A stretch of DNA of 58,126 bases, the filler included, from Sphacelaria rigidula (taxonomy: Eukaryota): the NCBI GenBank assembly GCA_964200075.2. It is 4 parts of 4 records of this genome, joined end to end, with 100 filler letters (N's around TTAATTAATTAA, not from the genome) between each part and the next. Parts side by side here need not be neighbours in the genome. Positions count along the whole stretch, not along the records: positions 1 to 14,461 come from CAXNAA020002232.1; 3 more parts are not named here. One strand, written 5' to 3'. Shown piece after piece: positions 1 through 10,117 of this stretch (the stretch's first letter is position 1; the number at the start of each line of letters is the position of its first letter). The notes under the pieces were generated by a model. It was not told the origin of the DNA. It was given only the letters and a program-made list of their open reading frames with translations, and did not search any database. A program made the position numbers and the translations under genes.

Positions 1-110
1 TAGCGAAGTGCATGGATAAAAGGTTCCTTCCTGTCCTCTGGGGACAAAAAAAAAAAAAAAAAAACACACACACGTGGACAGATAGCACCCTGTGGGGCAC
101 GTCTACAAGG

Positions 111-272
111 TTCAGGGAAACTGTGCAGTGTTTCTCGCGGGAATTTAGCGGTAGGGTGTATTTTTGCGCCACACAGTACGCTTCACAGGGTTTCAGGGAA
201 ACTATGCAGTGTTTGTCGTGGGGATTTGGCTAAGGGGTTTTATTTCGCGCCGCACACTACGCTTCACAGGGT
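111..272. repeat. Two diverged tandem copies of an ~81-bp unit
   Basis: ttcagggaaactRtgcagtgttt...acgcttcacagggt at 111 and 192. Confidence 0.7.
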
Positions 273-1785
273 TTCGTCACCCCGAGTTATGTTCATCGTT
301 GTTAATATGCTGTACAGCCTTTACAGTGCACATACAATATACCCCATACAGCATGGGCGTGGTCCTGGCAGAAATAACGGTCGAGAAATTGCAGTGTCAG
401 AAGTTGAACTCACGATTTTGTGCTTGCAGTGCGACTGGTTGCACATTGAGCTACCTAATTTATTCGTGGCAGTGTCGCTATTTTTTGCTTTTTATAAATA
501 TCAAGCAAAAAAATATATGAACAAAGGTATGCTCGATTGACTGATTTTGGTAGACTGCGGACCACGGGGTTTTCATAAGCTATGTGGACTTATATGTGAG
601 GTATACACCGCCGTTCCAGCATCCACGCCTTGAGCCAAAGCGTCGTATCTAAGCTCGTGGGCGTGTGGACATACACTCGTAATCAGCGTGTCGGATCTTT
701 ATTAAGCAAAAGCTGTCGAGAAGCATTCATCTTTTTGCCCATGTATACATGAACTGGGAGGCGAAGAATTATTTACTTTCAACATTTTTTTCTGCGTGTC
801 GGATCCCATTCGCTGATAACGGTGCAGTATGCGGGATATGCCCAGCTGACGCTGTTCGTAATAAATCTCTTTTGCCCAATTTCCGGATGAATTGGAGGGA
901 AAAGTGAACATTTATTTCGAGCTTCTTCTCCTGTTCAAATTCCAAATCTGCCAGTGTGCATGGGATTCGCGCAGCAGAAAAAGCTGTTCGAAATAGATCC
1001 CTTTTTCACCCAATTTAAATGGGCGAATTAATGATCTATTTCAAATAGGTTCTTCTGCTGTTCGAAATAGATCTTTGTTTTGCTCAAATAAATTGGGCGA
1101 GAAAAGGATCTGTTTTGAATCGAGCAAAAAAGAATTTATCTCGGACATCAGGAAAAGCTATTTAAGACAAATAATTTTACAGATTTTGTACCATATTGTC
1201 GTCCCCTCGTCCTGAAAAAATCTGTTTTTCACTTTAATTGGTGTTCCAAAAAATCCTCACGGCGTTTCTCAGACGTACGTCAAAACGTCGCTCACTCTCA
1301 CGCAATCATACACCATGCACATTCGGAGGTCACGGCGAATATGCACTAATCTCTCGATGGTGGGGACCAATGGTAGTAACGTACACATTATGAGCACATA
1401 CCGTATCGCCTGCCCAGTTTCTCGCACGCTCTTCCCTACCGTAATCACTCCTCGCAAACGCCAATTCATCCCCGCCTCATGCCTGCGCTGGTACGTCGTA
1501 CTTCCCAAGCCCACTTCGAGTGACTCGTACATGTTACAGGCGCTGTATAATAACACTTATACCACAACAGAATCGACCCTATACATCCCATAAACCCACG
1601 GCAATCACACATGAAACGCTTCGATGATCACCAAGGTGCATTTCATCCGCAGGCTATATCCCATCGGAATTTCCGGGACAGATCTAAATCCCGCTATTTC
1701 GCCGTATTACCGTACCGTACCTCTCCACAAATCCTCTTCTATGTGCCTTTCATCTGCTGCGAATAACGCAACGGAGTATCCCGGA

Positions 1786-2220
1786 AAACTCTATATCCCG
1801 GTTTTTCACCGCGGAAACGTCAACAAAAATTCCCCGCTAAATGAACACTCGTATGCTCCCCGCGTGCCCTTTCGTTCCTCCGATCAACGAAAGGCTCCAC
1901 AGCCACTGTTCTCCCAAAAACTCTATATCCCGGTTTTTCACCGCGGAAACGTCAACAAAAATTCCCCGCTAAATAAACAAATTCCCTTATATCCCGGTTT
2001 TTCACCTCGGAAGCGTCAACAAAAATTCCCCGCTAAATGAAGACTCGTATGCTGGCTGCATGCCCTTTCGATCGTCCGACGAACGAACGGACTCTAAATC
2101 CCCGTATTTCACCGCGGAAACGTCAACGAAATTTCCCCGCAAAATAAACACCCCTATGCTGGCCGCATGTCCTTTCGTTCCTCTGACCAACGAACGACTC
2201 CACAGCCACTGATCTCCCAT
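1786..2220. repeat. Array of four ~50-bp direct repeats interleaved with three hairpin-bearing units
   Basis: The core tatatcccggtttttcaccgcggaaacgtcaacaaaaattccccgctaaat occurs at ~1792, ~1924, ~1989 and, diverged, ~2098. A second unit, cgtatgct...ctttcgtt-N9-aacgaa, occurs at ~1850, ~2046 and ~2155. Confidence 0.9.
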
Positions 2221-2324
2221 GTCATCGCGTCTCTGCGACGAAGCTTCCCCCTCCCCTCCCACCCTTTACACTTCATCCGCGGCTTAAAAAGAACACATTA
2301 CTACCGCAAGCTGTATTGTAGTAT

Positions 2325-4235
2325 ATGTCGGGCCAGGCAATTCACATCACGGTGCCCAACAAAACGAGTTGTGTTCTGGTCGAGAACGGGTACGCTGTTC
2401 GGGAGGCCCTCAAACAACAGAGGTATCGGTACCTGCCTGACGGGGTACCAGGCGTGGTGCCGCCGTCTACGTGGGCCTTCGCCGCGTCCGATCCTGACGA
2501 CGCGAAGGAGGTCGCCCACGACTTGAAGCTATACCTTCGACGGCGATTGAAGGTCAAGGCCAAGGTGGGTCCTCTTACCATGTTATCGTATTCCACCCGT
2601 TTTGTGCGTACACGCAACGTCGTACTGTATCGTACTGAATAGGTTATGTCCTCCTCTTCTGAACTCTCCTTGTCACGACTTCACACCACACTATAAATTA
2701 TTTCAACGCCGGTACAATTCACAACCCTCATTCGTACTTTCGCAGTTTCCTGCACTATCTGTGTTGTATGCACCATCTCCCTCCTTTATTGCCTTCTCCA
2801 CCGTATTTTTATTTTTCGATTCCGCTTCCGCTGTTTTTGTCTCTCACTGTACTGCACTGTGTATTTCGTCATTCTCGACCGCACAACCGCGACGTCACTA
2901 CCCATTGAGTCAATCTCATATTTATTTCCCTCGTTTATTGCGCAGTTCATGTACTTTTTCTGCTTTTTTTTTCGCTTTTCTACGCCTTTCCTGCGCATTT
3001 GTTTCTTCTCTGCCTTTTTTTTTGGTACCTCCAATGTTAAGCGAGGGTAGTAATACCGACGGCGACCGCGTAGGGACCCCTGATCCGACTTTACTTTTCA
3101 ACAGAGCTCCCCACCTTGTCCCCGTCCCCCACCGTAGTACTGGCATGGCTTCACTTTTGATCTCATATGTGCAACATGAACGTGTAACGTGTGCGGCCCT
3201 TGAAGGAGGACGTCAGTCTGTCTGCCTGCGGGTTTTTCGCCCGGGCAAATGGCAACTCTGCGCTGTCGTCTTCGAAATCTGCGCCAATTATGGCCATTTC
3301 TCTTCAAAATCTGCTGTATCTCGGGAATCTCTGCAACATAGTTTTTACTCCTCCTGTTTTTTTCGCGCCCATAGTTCTGCACAAAAATCCTGAATTCTAC
3401 TTCTGCGGCCGCAGATGGACTCAATGACTACACGTAACCTCAAAACCTTTTAAAATTATTCGTTCAATGGGTTGCCTAATCCTCCTTTTTAATTCATCAT
3501 TTCTTTCTTTTGAAGTAGGCAAATTTAATTTTAAAAGTGTAATTATATCTTAATGTCCCTCAACTGCTTTAGCAATATATGCGCCTGCCAAAATTGAAAA
3601 AATAAATAAACAATAGTTTATGTTTTCAGTAAGTAGTCAAAATAAAAAATTAATAAGGTTCCTTATTTTGTTGAAAAACGTCCTCGAATTTGAATATAAG
3701 AATAACAATTTTATGAATATGAATTGGAAATGTTTTCGTCAACTGATTCTGTATAGCATCATCCCTTATAACTAATGTGCTTTGAATACTTGAAGTTATC
3801 ATCTTTTAATTTTAATCACCTCCTCCTCAGTTTCGCCCACGCGATTTCCTACTTCGCATGTCCTTCTCCGACCCGCTGTCCACCGCACACAAGCTAATTC
3901 TATTTCTGATTTCTCACCCGCTACACCGTTCTCTCGTACTTCCCTCTCAGGCGTTCGTCACCAAGTGTACGAAGAAGCAGCGCCGAGCTCTCGAGGAGTG
4001 CGACGTCTTCTCGCGGAAGAAACGAGACGACGTCCTCGAGTGTCTAACGTCCGACGACGAATCAGACGATCACAGCAACGAGTCCGACAACGACGACCAT
4101 ACCAACGACTACGAATCCCCGCCCAAGAAGCAGCGTGTACAAAGCAACACTATAGCCCCCGCTTGGAAGACCGGAACGCCGACTGCCTCCGTCGATTCTG
4201 TCTCCGACAGTGCAACGCTCTCGCCTGATTTGTGA
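2325..4235 (+). CDS. Two-exon gene of unknown function, about 174 aa (exons 2325-2564, 3951-4235); candidate accessory gene of the HUH element
   Basis: Exon 1 ends AAG|gtgggt (phase 0). Exon 2 follows a polypyrimidine tract, tccctctcag|GCG (phase 0). Both exons are GC-rich islands in AT/pyrimidine-rich flanks. The product has NGYAVREALKQQRYRY...TW, a basic stretch, an acidic D/S/N tract and an NLS-like PPKKQRV. Confidence 0.65.
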
Positions 4236-4410
4236 ATTATATCCATCGTTTTTATCAACGTTTATGTTTTGTTTCCATTACTATTTTCTCTTTTTTTTTA
4301 TTTTCTCCGTTTGTCATTTCTTCTGATATCTTCTTCTTTGTCTCTTCTAGTTAATGTTTCCTTCATTTTATTCTTGCATGTTTTACACTCCCAAGTAGTA
4401 CATCCTTTCC

Positions 4411-4666
4411 CACATAAAATATTTATGTACTAAATCGAAAATTCGCGTCTGCACCGCATCTCCATCACCCAATAGTTGCCTATGTTTCTCAAATTTGATC
4501 AAGAGTGTATGGCAACATGGATTTTATCCGTCTTCTTTCACATAAAGTATTTATGTACTAAATCGAAAATTCGCGTCTGCACCGCATCTCCATCACCCTA
4601 TAGTTGCCTATGTTTCTCAACTCTGATCAAGAGTGTATGGCAACATGGATTTTATCCGTCTCCTTT
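4411..4666. repeat. 128-bp tandem duplication, with a partial third copy at ~4925-4960
   Basis: cacataaa..tatttatgtactaaatcgaaaattcgcgtctgcaccgcatctccatcacc...gcaacatggattttatccgtct at 4411 and 4539. Confidence 0.9.
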
Positions 4667-5303
4667 CATATATAAGTAAAATTCCAAGCATGTGTGATAT
4701 AGCCCTAAAAATTATGGGGGGCCGCTCGTTCCGTTTTACGTTTCTTTTACTACTAATATCCTCATTTTCTTCCGGTCTGTATTTTTCTTCCTGTTTTGTA
4801 CGATTTCGTTCGGATCTCTATGGCGCTTTTCTCTCCCACTTCACATTCTCTTCATTTCTTCATTTTTATTTCATGATACCTAACCGTATTTCGTATTCCA
4901 TATCCAATTTCTTATTTATAGTATTTCGAAATAATATCGCGTCTGCACCGCGTCTCCATCAGCGAATATTTTCTCCATGTTTCCCCACTCCATCATCACC
5001 CTGTATACAGTTCTCACTTTGTACGATACGTTAATTTTCTTCTTCCTTTTTACCTTTTCCCCATCTTCCCCTCTCTGGTGCATCAATTCATAAATTCTGT
5101 AATCTTTTCCAACTTTCATCATTACTCTGTATTTATTTGCGCTCGAACACGTTATACCACTGGGGAAAACACCAATTACTACAAGAAAGAACAACGAGCG
5201 CATAGCTTTTATGACGCCTAACTTTACCTTAACTTGTGGGTTTTGAGCTTGTAATTTAATTGTAATTAAAATAAGTAATCAATTCATTAAAGATTGTTTG
5301 AGA

Positions 5304-5803
5304 ATGGATGATTGGATTTTATTTTCCGGGCAAGGGAAATACAATAGGATGGATGATTGGATTGGATTTTTTGGATTTATATTGCTAACCACTACACGCC
5401 ATACAAACGTCATTCCGATTAACGAAATTGTGAGGTCCTGAGTGAAAAAAAAGTATAACATATTATATATTTATTCAACTATTTAAATAATTTATTACTT
5501 GAACATTGTTTGAGGATGGATGGTTGGATTTCATTTTTTGGTCAAGGCAAAGACAATAGATACGAATAAATTATGAGTATATAAAATGAATAAATTATTA
5601 TATATTTTAGGATGCATGGTTGGATTTTACTTTTTGGACAAGGGGAAGACAATTTTCTTTTTCATGAGTTAAGGGCAATAATCTCTTTCCAGGTATCAGT
5701 ACAATATTAGATCAAATGAAGAAATGATATATTTTAGGATGGACGGTTGGATTTTACTTTTTGGACAAGAGGAAGATTTATTTTTTGGACAAGGGGAATA
5801 CAC
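5304..5803. repeat. Cluster of ~45-bp ggatgNNNNNttggatttt..ttttggacaagggg motifs upstream of the HUH gene
   Basis: Copies at ~5304, 5347 (partial), 5513, 5608, 5736 and 5776 (partial). Confidence 0.85.
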
Positions 5804-6045
5804 TGTTTTCGCGACTTTAATTTTTTATTTAGTACTCATTCCTCCTACATAACCTCAGATATTATCTCATGTTCTCATTGTTTATTCTTATTCTTTTCTA
5901 AAACTTGTTCCTTTTCCCCCCGTCAACGCCATTCTCTCCTTCCTCTCTAGCGCGTCGGGCGTCGCCCACGACATTCACGACGGCGTCTCCACCTCGTAAC
6001 CCCGCACATGCCGGAGGAGTCACCCCGTCGCCGCACCCTGCGGCC

Positions 6046-8172
6046 ATGGTGGGTTCTACGGGTACGACTGACGACCAGCCTGCGCCTTCACTTGCGCCCG
6101 ATGGGCCTACGCGCACGGGGCGGTCGCGTGGTCGTCGTCCCCGCGTCTCTACTGCCGAGGATCCCGTCCGGACATCTACCGCCACCGCACCATCCTCTCC
6201 ACTCGCCGGTCAACCGCGACGCCGCGGACGCCCCCGCATCGCCGCCGTCTCCGACGGCGTCACCTCCAATCGCTCCGCCCCCTCCATTCGTACCGCCTCA
6301 GCTATCCCCTCCGGCTCCGACGGCGTCACCTCCAGTCGCACCACCCCCTCCATTCGTACCACCTCAGCTATCCCCTCCGGTTCCGACAGCGCTATGTTCG
6401 CTTCATCCACCGCTGCCAGCGCCGCCAATTCCGGCCGCCCTGCCGGCGCCTCCCCTCGCCCCGCTGCCTCCGACGCCAGGGGTGCCGATGCTTCCTCGGC
6501 CGAACCCCGCACGGCCGGCGACGTCAGCGGTACCTGCCCTCGCTCCGCTACCGACCCTTCCATCCCCTGGCCGCGGCCTCGCGGTCGTCCGCGGCGTCAG
6601 CCATCTCCGGTCCGCCTCTGCCCCCGCACCGGTGACGTCATCGACAACATCATCAATTCCGGAACAGGGAATTCTGTGGACTTCTCTCTGACGATAGCAT
6701 CCCGCGACGCGGGGAACATACCCGCCACCGTTTTCGATGACGCGGCGCACTTCTTCGAGAAGAAGGCGACGCGCGGGTTAGTTAGTCTCGAGCGGGGGGG
6801 GGGGCAAAAGGCGAACCTACACGTCCAGGGGAGTCTTACATTGGGAATCGTGAAGGCCTACGACGATGATAAGAAGATGAACACGGACGTACGTAACAAC
6901 TTGAAGACGTTCGAGAGTTGGGGACCTGATCTACGACTCAAGATTGACGTCAAGCCTCTCGGTGCCAAGCAGTCTTTTGAAGGCAAGTTCTTTTTCTCTT
7001 CGTAGCCTTCCAATTTTATTTCCTTCTTTAAATATCACTAACGCATTATTTCCCACTCTCGTTTCTTACTTGCAGATATTTCTTACAATTCTTCCTCCCT
7101 TTCTTCCGACCCTCACCTCTCCCTCCTGCATTGCGCATCGTACTGTACGCCTTCACTCCCGACCCTTTCCTTCCTCCTATCTTCTTTCCCGTCCATTACC
7201 TCACATCGCTCTTCCCTTTCCGTCGCTCCTTTCTCCATGTGCGCCTTCTATATCCCTCCAGCTAAGGTCGGCTACTGCTCCAAGGATGTCGGGAGAGGCC
7301 ATTTCCGGACCGCGACTATGAACGTGTCACGCACGGAGATTAACGTCGCTCTCGCCGAGTACCGGAAGCTGCAGCATCAGGTCGTGAAGGACGTGCGCCT
7401 CGAACTCGGCAAGAAAAATTTCTGGTGTTGCGTCCGACGCTTTCGGGAGGAATTCTTGCGTCCACTCACACCTTCTCCTGTGGCCATCCTCACGTGGATG
7501 GTCCAAGATGGGGAGTATCTCCCCAGCTCCTCCTGGATTTGTCCCACGAGCGCCCATCCTATGGAAGCGTTGAGGGCCGAAGCTTACTTCGTCGCTCTCG
7601 TGTGCCCCTCCCTTTTCCGACGAGAACATGCGTACACCCTCTTTTTCTCCGGCGGTTCCGGTGGGCGAGTCAACGAGAGTTTCGCTCTTTGGGACCATCA
7701 AGACGCGGAATGGATCGAGCTCACGTGCGATCAGGCTAAGGTCCACGCCGGACGCCGCGCGGAGGTCGCCGATGCCGTCGACGCCGTACGCGATTTAAGG
7801 AACCGCCGCCGAGCTTCCGCCGCCGTCGCCGACCTCCGCATGCCAGGCGTGCCTAACTTCCCCGTTGGCCCGGACAGCGATTCGGACGACGGTGTTCAGC
7901 CGGCCTGCCGCCCTTCCGCTCCAACTCCTACTTTCCGTAACGCTCCTGGAGCACCGGACGACGGCACCGAAGACCTCCCGCTTTTGGTTCATTCTTCTTG
8001 CTCCGAGCCTCGCTGTGTTACAGGTGGCTGTATCGGCATGGTACCGTGTGCCGGTTCTTGCGACGGCTTACTCCACCCAACTTGCGGCCTGTCCGCTTCT
8101 ACCGACGACTCCCGGCGGACGTGCTCTTTGTGTGCTGGTGTCACTCTTGGCAAGCGTCGTAGCCGTACGTAG
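6046..8172 (+). CDS. Replitron-type HUH (Y1) endonuclease/transposase, about 615 aa, 2 exons (6046-6982, 7262-8172), with AT-hooks and a C-terminal PHD-like finger
   Basis: Joining GAA G|gcaagt (GC donor at 6983) to ccctccag|CT AAG (acceptor AG 7260-7261) fuses ORFs 5905-7005 and 7237-8172 in frame. The product has motif I DFSLTI (6679), motif II ERGGGQKANLHVQG (HUQ, His at 6820) and motif III QSFEAKVGYCSKD (Tyr at 7273). These are followed by G.GHF....NVS..EI and M..DGEYLP...W...RA...P...FF blocks that match my recollection of the Replitron consensus. There is no helicase Walker A. The start at gccATGg 6046 is inferred. No internal stops. Confidence 0.88.
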
Positions 8173-8479
8173 CTGCCTCTGCATTCTTCGATTGATTGTG
8201 ATTGCTTCTCCTTTTCTTTTGTGTATTTCGTTTTTTCCCCGGGTGTCTGTCCTTCCTACGGCATTGCAGTAGCCCTTTTCGCGTCGTACTTTCCTTCTTT
8301 CCCCGTACAGTGCAATACGAGTTGCGCCGTTATGGTTACCATTTGTGTGTCAGTATCCTTTCCACTGTCTTTTTAATGATCTTTCCTCTCAGCATTTTTC
8401 CCGCGTGTTCCAAAAGGGTTAAGTAGTCCAATTGACGCCATTAGGGTGGAGAGATCACGGGTTCGATTTCACGCCAGAT

Positions 8480-8560
8480 GAGCAATGCTACGGTAGGAGT
8501 GCACCTTTTGCGCGATATCTTGTCTAGTCCAGGGGTTCCTAACGCTTCCAGATGCACAAC
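8480..8560. mobile_element. Truncated end of the GAGCAATGCTACGGTAGG MITE family
   Basis: Aligns with 13820-13900; no second TIR is present. Confidence 0.7.
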
Positions 8561-8573
8561 AATGGATTTTTGG

Positions 8574-8884
8574 AGGATGCATGGTTCGATTTGGGGGGGG
8601 GGGCAAGGGAAACACAGTCGCTCAACTTCGATACTATATATTTTATATTATTTTTTGTTTATTTTTGTTTTCTTTTGACTTTAATTTTGATTTTGATTTT
8701 GATTTTAATTTTAATTTTAATTCAACAAACTGGTCTATTAATTAATTGATAGATTGACCAAAGATGGATTTTTTTTGGGACAAGGGGACGACATTTTACA
8801 TAACATATTAATGATTACAAAGGGATAATTAATTCACAGATTGATTAAGATGGATTATATTTTTTGGACAAGGGGAAGACAATA
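8574..8884. repeat. Second cluster of the same motif downstream of the HUH gene, same orientation
   Basis: Copies at ~8574, 8763 and 8849 (gatggattatattttttggacaaggggaagacaata). Confidence 0.8.
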
Positions 8885-10117
8885 AATCCTTCGTTTTACG
8901 GCATACATTATTCGCCATGTGTGTTAACCTTTCGTGCCAGATGCACCTCGTCTGGTTTCGCCGTTACGGACGTCCTCGGACATCGTGCAATATTTGTCGT
9001 TGTGTATCTCAAGTCCTGCGTAGGGTAGGTACCCTACACTACGGTGTTTCTTTTGATGTTAACGGTTTGTTTTATCGACCTCGTGCCATTCGTCTCTCGT
9101 CGTCTTCCGATGGTGTGCCCTGTGTATTTCCTGTCGGTCTCGCGGGAGGTTCATACGACCACCTCTTCCAACTAATCTGTTGCGTTTATATGCTTTCTTC
9201 CTTTCTTGGCGGCGGTCATTCGTTTTAAGTTCATCGCTTGTTCGGGTTGGCATTTTTTTTTCTTGTATGTTTATACTTCACATGTACGATTTCCCATGCC
9301 TACATGTTCGTGTTACGATTTTTCCTGTAGTTTGCTTCTCTTCTGTACCGTACTCACCTTATTTTGGTGTTTTCGATGCTTAATTAAAATCAACTGGGTC
9401 TGTCAGTTGCGTGAGTCCTTTTCTTGCTTTTGGGGGGAAATATCTCCGTGCCATCGTCATATTGTTCCTTTATTGTTGTTTTTCCTCTCAGTCCCCCTCT
9501 CGGTTCCGTCCACTACCTACTCCTCGGATTACCGACATACATACGGAAAACGACTACCTACTCCTCCGATTACAGATATGGATCCGGCAATCGCCACTCC
9601 GCGTCGTGTCTTCATTTCTTCCTCCATGACATCTTATATAAAAAAAAAATCATGCCGGGCTCTTCCGTCTTCTATTTCTCTCGCATTTTCCCCAGAATAT
9701 CGAGTCAACTTATTATGTCGTTCGTTCCCTTCTTTACCAATTTGTTCACGTGGCACCTTATTGTTAGGTTCGTCGCTCCTTCCTCTTTTTCCCTTCTCAC
9801 TATTATTGTGAAAGATATATGCACCGCATTTCGGTCCTTCCTTTGTACTGCACTATAATTATTCCACAATTTCATGCATAAGTGAATGTACGTACTATGA
9901 AGGCGGTGTGCCTCATCAACCTCGTCTCCTCCATTTCATGCGCACGGAACCAGCCCCACAGAATTTTGTCCTCAGCCGCGGTGCAACCTGTGGTTTCCAT
10001 ACCCCGTTTCACCTCTTTCTCACGACTTGGCGTTCCTAATTTTACATGTGGTTTCCGACGGATTCCGTCATACCTGCCCAATCCCCGCGATCTCTGTTAA
10101 TTTTTTGTCATCACTCC

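Larger units (their letters stand above)
1270..10100 (+). mobile_element. Putative large Replitron-like element; boundaries approximate
   Basis: The block holds the HUH gene, the co-oriented spliced gene and several internal repeat sets not seen elsewhere in the window. The + strand looks C/T-rich throughout. It is bounded on the right by a MITE and Copia integrase sequence. I could not identify exact termini. Confidence 0.45.

Noticed and set aside
623-668. Imperfect hairpin (ccacgccttgagc / gctcgtgggcgtgtgg) as an element terminus
   Set aside because: It is a single imperfect stem with no matching end or second copy to support it.
1786-2220. CRISPR-like array
   Set aside because: The intervening sequences are themselves repeated and vary widely in length. 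There are no cas genes, and the context is eukaryotic.
3046-3057. TAGTAATAC, one mismatch from the circovirus nonanucleotide TAGTATTAC
   Set aside because: It has only a 4-bp stem overlapping the motif and lies inside a predicted intron, so it is compatible with chance.
2602-3393. 263-aa Phe/Ser-rich ORF, and similar ORFs at 9206-9811 and 38701-39321
   Set aside because: They are translations of pyrimidine-rich non-coding sequence, two of them inside predicted introns, with no motifs.
6008-6750. Overlapping Pro-rich and antisense ORFs (6008-6691 +, 6210-6563 -, 6403-6750 -)
   Set aside because: These are shadow frames of the GC-rich Rep exon 1.
6046-8172. Endogenous CRESS virus or Helitron
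   Set aside because: No SF3 or PIF1 helicase motifs, no capsid ORF, only one catalytic Tyr, and a spliceosomal intron.
8402-8477. tRNA gene
   Set aside because: Only a B-box-like GGGTTCGATT is present; acceptor and anticodon stems do not form. At most it is a SINE relic.
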